This document shows, piece by piece, positions 59,611 to 64,000 of a stretch of DNA of 64,000 bases (the stretch's first letter is position 1; each line of letters starts with the position of its first letter). This DNA comes from a virus (taxonomy: Duplodnaviria > Caudoviricetes), in the IMG/VR virus record IMGVR_UViG_3300025470_000019, positions 1 through 64,000 of that record, one strand, 5' to 3'. The position numbers and the translations under genes were made by a program. The notes beneath the pieces are model-generated. The model did not search any database. It saw only the letters and a list, made by a program, of their open reading frames with translations, and was not told where the DNA came from.

Positions 59611-61680
59611 ATGAGTCTGAATAACACGATCAATTTTACCCTTCGTAGGAATTTGTGGATTATCACGAATGATGCTGCGAGTGGTCGTTTCTATACCTTT
59701 GCAGCTAAGGCAAGTGCATGGCCAGATGATACACAGCCACCTAGCCTTGACAACTCTGTGGGACTCAACGACTACCAGATCAATAATGAAATTCTTTTTG
59801 GGAAATATGTCGATCCAGTAAGTGGTGTTAAGAGCCTAGCCAAAAGAGCTGACTGGACTTCAGGTACTGTCTATGCACAGTATGATGATCAGGATCCTCT
59901 TCTATTCGACAAGAACTTCTTTGTAGTTGCACCTGAAGGTGGCTCTTACCATGTATTCAAGTGTCTCTCAAATAATAACGGTGCGCCATCAACTTTCCAA
60001 CCAAGATTTTCTGAGACGGCTGCTGATGACGTTTTCTATGCCACGGCGGATGGCTATCAGTGGAAATATCTCTATACCATTGACAGCACAGATTTTACGA
60101 ACTTCTCCACGACAGATTATATTCCGGTCATTGCCAATACTTCGGTAACAGCGAATGCTGTTCCTGGTGCACTTGAGACCTTCATTATCACTTCTCCTGG
60201 TGGTAACTATAACTCATTCACCAATGGTTACTTCACCGATACTGCTATTGGTGGTAATACTTTGTATTATGGACTTCAGGGACCAGATACGACTATTCTT
60301 GTCACATCGTCGGCGAATGCGTTTAACGTTGGTGAGTTGATCTCTCAGTCGACCTATGGTGGTTCAGGCGTCCTTGCCACACAAACTCTGGCAGCGAATG
60401 GTTCAGCTCGAATCCTTACTCTTCGTAACGTTCAGAATTACTTCAGTCCCACAGGTGCAGCTCTTACTGGTAACGTTTCTACCAACACTGCTTCGGTTAC
60501 AGACGTTTCTTCTGCTCAGATTTCATCGAATGCGAATTTCTATAGTGGCTCTTCTCTGTATATCTCGTCAGGTACTGGTGCAGGGCAGATTGCTACTATT
60601 GACCAGTATTATGTCACTGGTAATGCAAGACGTGTTCTTCTTAATACTCCATTTGGTACGACTCCTGATCTTACCTCGAAATATGTGATTACACCTCGTG
60701 TTTATATCACTGGAGATGGCACAGGAGCTTCTGCTATTGCCACTGTTGATCAGGCATCAAGAACTATTACTCAAATTCAGGTAATCAATCGCGGGTCAGG
60801 ATATACCTATGCCAACGTGTTTATCTATGGTAACACAGGATCGACATCGCTTGCTTCTAATAATGCTGTAGTTCGTGCAATTATTCCTCCTCGTGGTGGT
60901 CATGGTGCTGATCTTGGTTCAGAACTGAGCGCGACGACTCTTGGCTTCTCGACTACCTTTAATAACACTGAGAGTGGTCTTATTCCTGGAGCTGGTACGA
61001 AATATCGTCGAGTTGGTATTATTGTTGATCCAAAGTGGGCAAACGTTGCACTGACCTATAGCTATAGCAGTGTTCCAACCTTCCCAGTTGCAGCCAATAC
61101 ACTGGTTCGTGGCTCGGTGTCTAATGCCTATGGATATGTGATTTCGACTTCAGGTGGTACGAATACCGTCACACTGTCCAATGTCTCTGGTGTTTTCTCG
61201 ACCAGCGATGTTCTTACAGCGACATATTCAAACGGAGCGACTGCTGTTGCTGCTTCGGCGAATGTTGTGGTGCTTTCTTCTACAGGTCAGGGTAATGCCT
61301 TTGATCAGAGAACTCTTCTGATTTGCCCAGCGTCAACTCTTTCAGGTACTCTGTTTAGTGCAGGTGAAAAGGTTGTTCAGACTGACCTTGTTATTGATGG
61401 TGCTTTTGGTGTTGTCGAGTCAGTTTCTCTTATTAGCGGAAACTACTATATTTACATTACAGAATCAAAAAATACATGGCAGTCGTCAGACCTTCCGTCA
61501 TCTTCTTATAAATACATATATGATGACGCAACAAGACAAAGAAGACTTCGTGTGGATACTGTAAATCCTCCAAAGATGGTACCATATACTGGTGACATTC
61601 TATATACAGAGAATATCCAACCGATCACTAGAAGCGGCACTCAGTCGGAAACAGTTAAACTTATACTTGGGTTCAGTTAA
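59611..61680 (+). CDS. gp8: Baseplate wedge protein gp8-like
   Basis: DWTSGTVY.QYDD, VFKCL.NN, DGYQWKYLY, PRGGHG, YTGDILY.EN..PI.R. Confidence 0.85.
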   Translation: MSLNNTINFTLRRNLWIITNDAASGRFYTFAAKASAWPDDTQPPSLDNSVGLNDYQINNEILFGKYVDPVSGVKSLAKRADWTSGTVYAQYDDQDPLLFDKNFFVVAPEGGSYHVFKCLSNNNGAPSTFQPRFSETAADDVFYATADGYQWKYLYTIDSTDFTNFSTTDYIPVIANTSVTANAVPGALETFIITSPGGNYNSFTNGYFTDTAIGGNTLYYGLQGPDTTILVTSSANAFNVGELISQSTYGGSGVLATQTLAANGSARILTLRNVQNYFSPTGAALTGNVSTNTASVTDVSSAQISSNANFYSGSSLYISSGTGAGQIATIDQYYVTGNARRVLLNTPFGTTPDLTSKYVITPRVYITGDGTGASAIATVDQASRTITQIQVINRGSGYTYANVFIYGNTGSTSLASNNAVVRAIIPPRGGHGADLGSELSATTLGFSTTFNNTESGLIPGAGTKYRRVGIIVDPKWANVALTYSYSSVPTFPVAANTLVRGSVSNAYGYVISTSGGTNTVTLSNVSGVFSTSDVLTATYSNGATAVAASANVVVLSSTGQGNAFDQRTLLICPASTLSGTLFSAGEKVVQTDLVIDGAFGVVESVSLISGNYYIYITESKNTWQSSDLPSSSYKYIYDDATRQRRLRVDTVNPPKMVPYTGDILYTENIQPITRSGTQSETVKLILGFS

Positions 61681-61689
61681 GGAATAAAA

Positions 61690-64000
61690 ATGGGAATCGA
61701 AACTGATCTAAACGTATCGCCTTATTATGACGATGCAAATAATGCTATTAATGAAAATTATCATCGGATCCTTTTCCGACCATCAGTTGCAGTGCAGGCT
61801 CGTGAGCTAACTCAACTTCAGGATATCCTACAGAACCAGATTGAGCGTTTTGGCGATAATATTTTCGTTTCAGGTACGATCCTCAAAGGATGCAACTTTA
61901 ACTTCGATACCCAGTATAACTACGTTAACATCCTAGACAATAGACCTATTGACACAATTCCTGTCACCGCATCAAGCTATGTCAATCTTGTTGGTTATGA
62001 ATCAACTTCTAATCTCTATGCTATCTGCGTCAATTATCAGGATGGCTATGAGTCTCAGGCTCCCAACCTCAAGACTCTATACTTCAAGTATCTAAACACT
62101 GGTGTTGCTGGTCAGAGTGCGTTTTCTCCAGGAAGCCAAATTAAGTTCTATTCGACAACTGAAATTGCTGGGGCGAATGCTTCAACGCTAGTGGCAAATG
62201 GCGACGTTACTGTTGCTTCTGTTTCTAATGCTGTCGGCATCGGCTATGCTATGTCTGTTTCTTCTGGTGTAATTTTCCAGAAGGGTCACTTTATTCAGGT
62301 AGCCAACAATTCGACTGCTATTGTGTCGAAATACACCAATGCACCGAACAATGCTGTCACTGGTTTCTATATTCAAGAGAATATCGTTACTGAGCTGAGC
62401 GACACGAATCTCTACGATCCAGCTTCAGGTTCAACAAACTTCAATGCTCCTGGCGCTCATCGCCTTCAGCTTACTCCAGTTCTTACCACATATCCAGCTG
62501 ATTCGGCTCCGTCGAATAACTTCCTGGCTCTGGTTGAGTGGGAAAATGGAAATATCGTTCGTTCGTTCCAACAGACTCAATACAGCGGTCTGGGTAACGA
62601 ACTTGCTCGCCGTACCAAAGAAGAATCAGGCGATTACTTCATTAAGCCATTCAAACTCCATATGGAGAATGTGAACACGACTCACAACTATATCGTGTCG
62701 TCGGCTGGTCTGGCTTATATTGACGGTCACCGTGTCGAGCAACTCAGCAATATCAAGACAAATGTCCGCAAGGGTACCGACGTCAAGAACGTCAAGAATC
62801 AAATCCTCAACACCTCATACGATAACTCTATCGTTGTTAAGGAATATGTTGGTAACATTCCATCGAACGTTGGTGCTACTATTTCTCTCACTGACTCGGC
62901 TGGCGCAAAGGTAACTGCTGGTGGTGGTTCTATTACCGTTTCTGGTAACGTAATCGGTACAGCCAAGGTTCTTTCGGTTCAATTTGATTCTGGTATTGTC
63001 GGAACTCCAACTGCTCAATATCGTATCTACCTTTCAGATGTCCGTATGAATTCGGGCAACAACTTTAAAGACTCTAAGGGTGTATACTACAGCGGATCGG
63101 CTAAGGGATTTGCTGATGTTATCACAGCTCTAGACAAAACCACAAACACCCAGATTGTTGAGCTGTCTCAGCCTTCAAAGGGTCCTCTGATTTTCAAGAC
63201 AGCAAAGAGCGGTCTTCAAAATCTAAACAGTGCTGGTGTTCTTCCTGACTACACCTATAGTACTGTTTCAAACGTTGCATTCAACACTACTGCTGCTGGT
63301 AATACTAACTCTATTACTCTAAGCGGTTCAACCATTTTCCCATATGGATATGGCGCTCTAAGCACGGATCAAGAAAGATCTATCGTTGTAACTCCGATCT
63401 CGTTTGTCAGCGGTGCTAATAGCGCAAACGTCACTCTGACAAAGAGCGGCACTATTCAGTACTTCTCATCCAATGCTGTTGTGAACGGCACTTCTACTGC
63501 GTTTACTTCTGAATATCAGGTTGGCGACTTTATCTGCATTGACACTATCGTAAAGCAGATTACAGCCATCGGTAATAATACCTCAATGACTCTGAGCAAT
63601 ACATTTGCTACAGCAAATAGCGGTGCGCACCACCATAAGTGCTACCAGCTGAATGTTCCTATTAACTTTGCTGAACGTCAATCTTCGATGACAGTTACTG
63701 ACGCTGCTCAGCAAAACATGGTAATGTCTCTTATTGCAGCAAATGGTTCATATGAAGTTCTGACTACAAACGCTGTATTCTCGGTTTATCATAATGCATT
63801 GATTCCAACTGATGCTGATAAGGGTCTTCAGGCAAACACTGTTACGGTAAGAATTAACGTCGGCAATAATGCTGCGAATTCTCCTTATGGTCCATTCTGC
63901 CTTGGTATTCCTTACGCTTATAATCTTCGCAGTGTTTATAGCTCTTCTAATTCGTTCAGCTTCCAAGCAAACACTACTGCATCAAGCAACCAAATTGCAA
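61690..64000 (+). CDS. Large tail structural protein (DUF4815/VrlC-like), runs off window end
   Basis: NVSPYYDD...RILFRP..AVQARELTQLQ.ILQNQIERFG; RRTKEESGDY. Confidence 0.85.
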   Translation, partial: MGIETDLNVSPYYDDANNAINENYHRILFRPSVAVQARELTQLQDILQNQIERFGDNIFVSGTILKGCNFNFDTQYNYVNILDNRPIDTIPVTASSYVNLVGYESTSNLYAICVNYQDGYESQAPNLKTLYFKYLNTGVAGQSAFSPGSQIKFYSTTEIAGANASTLVANGDVTVASVSNAVGIGYAMSVSSGVIFQKGHFIQVANNSTAIVSKYTNAPNNAVTGFYIQENIVTELSDTNLYDPASGSTNFNAPGAHRLQLTPVLTTYPADSAPSNNFLALVEWENGNIVRSFQQTQYSGLGNELARRTKEESGDYFIKPFKLHMENVNTTHNYIVSSAGLAYIDGHRVEQLSNIKTNVRKGTDVKNVKNQILNTSYDNSIVVKEYVGNIPSNVGATISLTDSAGAKVTAGGGSITVSGNVIGTAKVLSVQFDSGIVGTPTAQYRIYLSDVRMNSGNNFKDSKGVYYSGSAKGFADVITALDKTTNTQIVELSQPSKGPLIFKTAKSGLQNLNSAGVLPDYTYSTVSNVAFNTTAAGNTNSITLSGSTIFPYGYGALSTDQERSIVVTPISFVSGANSANVTLTKSGTIQYFSSNAVVNGTSTAFTSEYQVGDFICIDTIVKQITAIGNNTSMTLSNTFATANSGAHHHKCYQLNVPINFAERQSSMTVTDAAQQNMVMSLIAANGSYEVLTTNAVFSVYHNALIPTDADKGLQANTVTVRINVGNNAANSPYGPFCLGIPYAYNLRSVYSSSNSFSFQANTTASSNQIA

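Overview
A 64-kb segment of a large T4-like myophage genome. Evidence: TATAAATA late promoters; gp32, gp33, RNase H, gp2, gp4; and the baseplate/tail block gp26-51, 54, 48, 53, 27-like, 5, 25, 6, 7, 8. The host is probably an alphaproteobacterium, inferred from a circularly permuted two-piece tmRNA with tag ANDNESIALAA, a GapR/DUF2312 gene and a captured GC-rich XRE gene. The window holds 16 full-length tRNA genes (some degenerate or chimeric), two orphan tRNA 5' halves, several unexplained structured RNAs, a sugar-nucleotide/heptose/glycosyltransferase cluster, a 13-copy early-promoter motif and 12 free-standing HNH/GIY-YIG endonuclease genes. Main observations: (1) six endonucleases, all antisense to their neighbours and from two unrelated nuclease families, share a covarying two-hairpin leader between the late promoter and the ATG; (2) three co-oriented HNH genes have their stop codons inside the downstream tRNA; (3) a T TTT TTT slippery site joins gp26 to a gp51 frame with no clear start, in a G/GT-like layout ahead of a tape-measure-like gene; (4) several deletion, duplication and capture scars (phoH/exo, csgF::cyclase, RNA ligase, SPFH, XRE, split tRNAs). 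All calls are by eye from sequence and motif knowledge; no database search or folding program was run.
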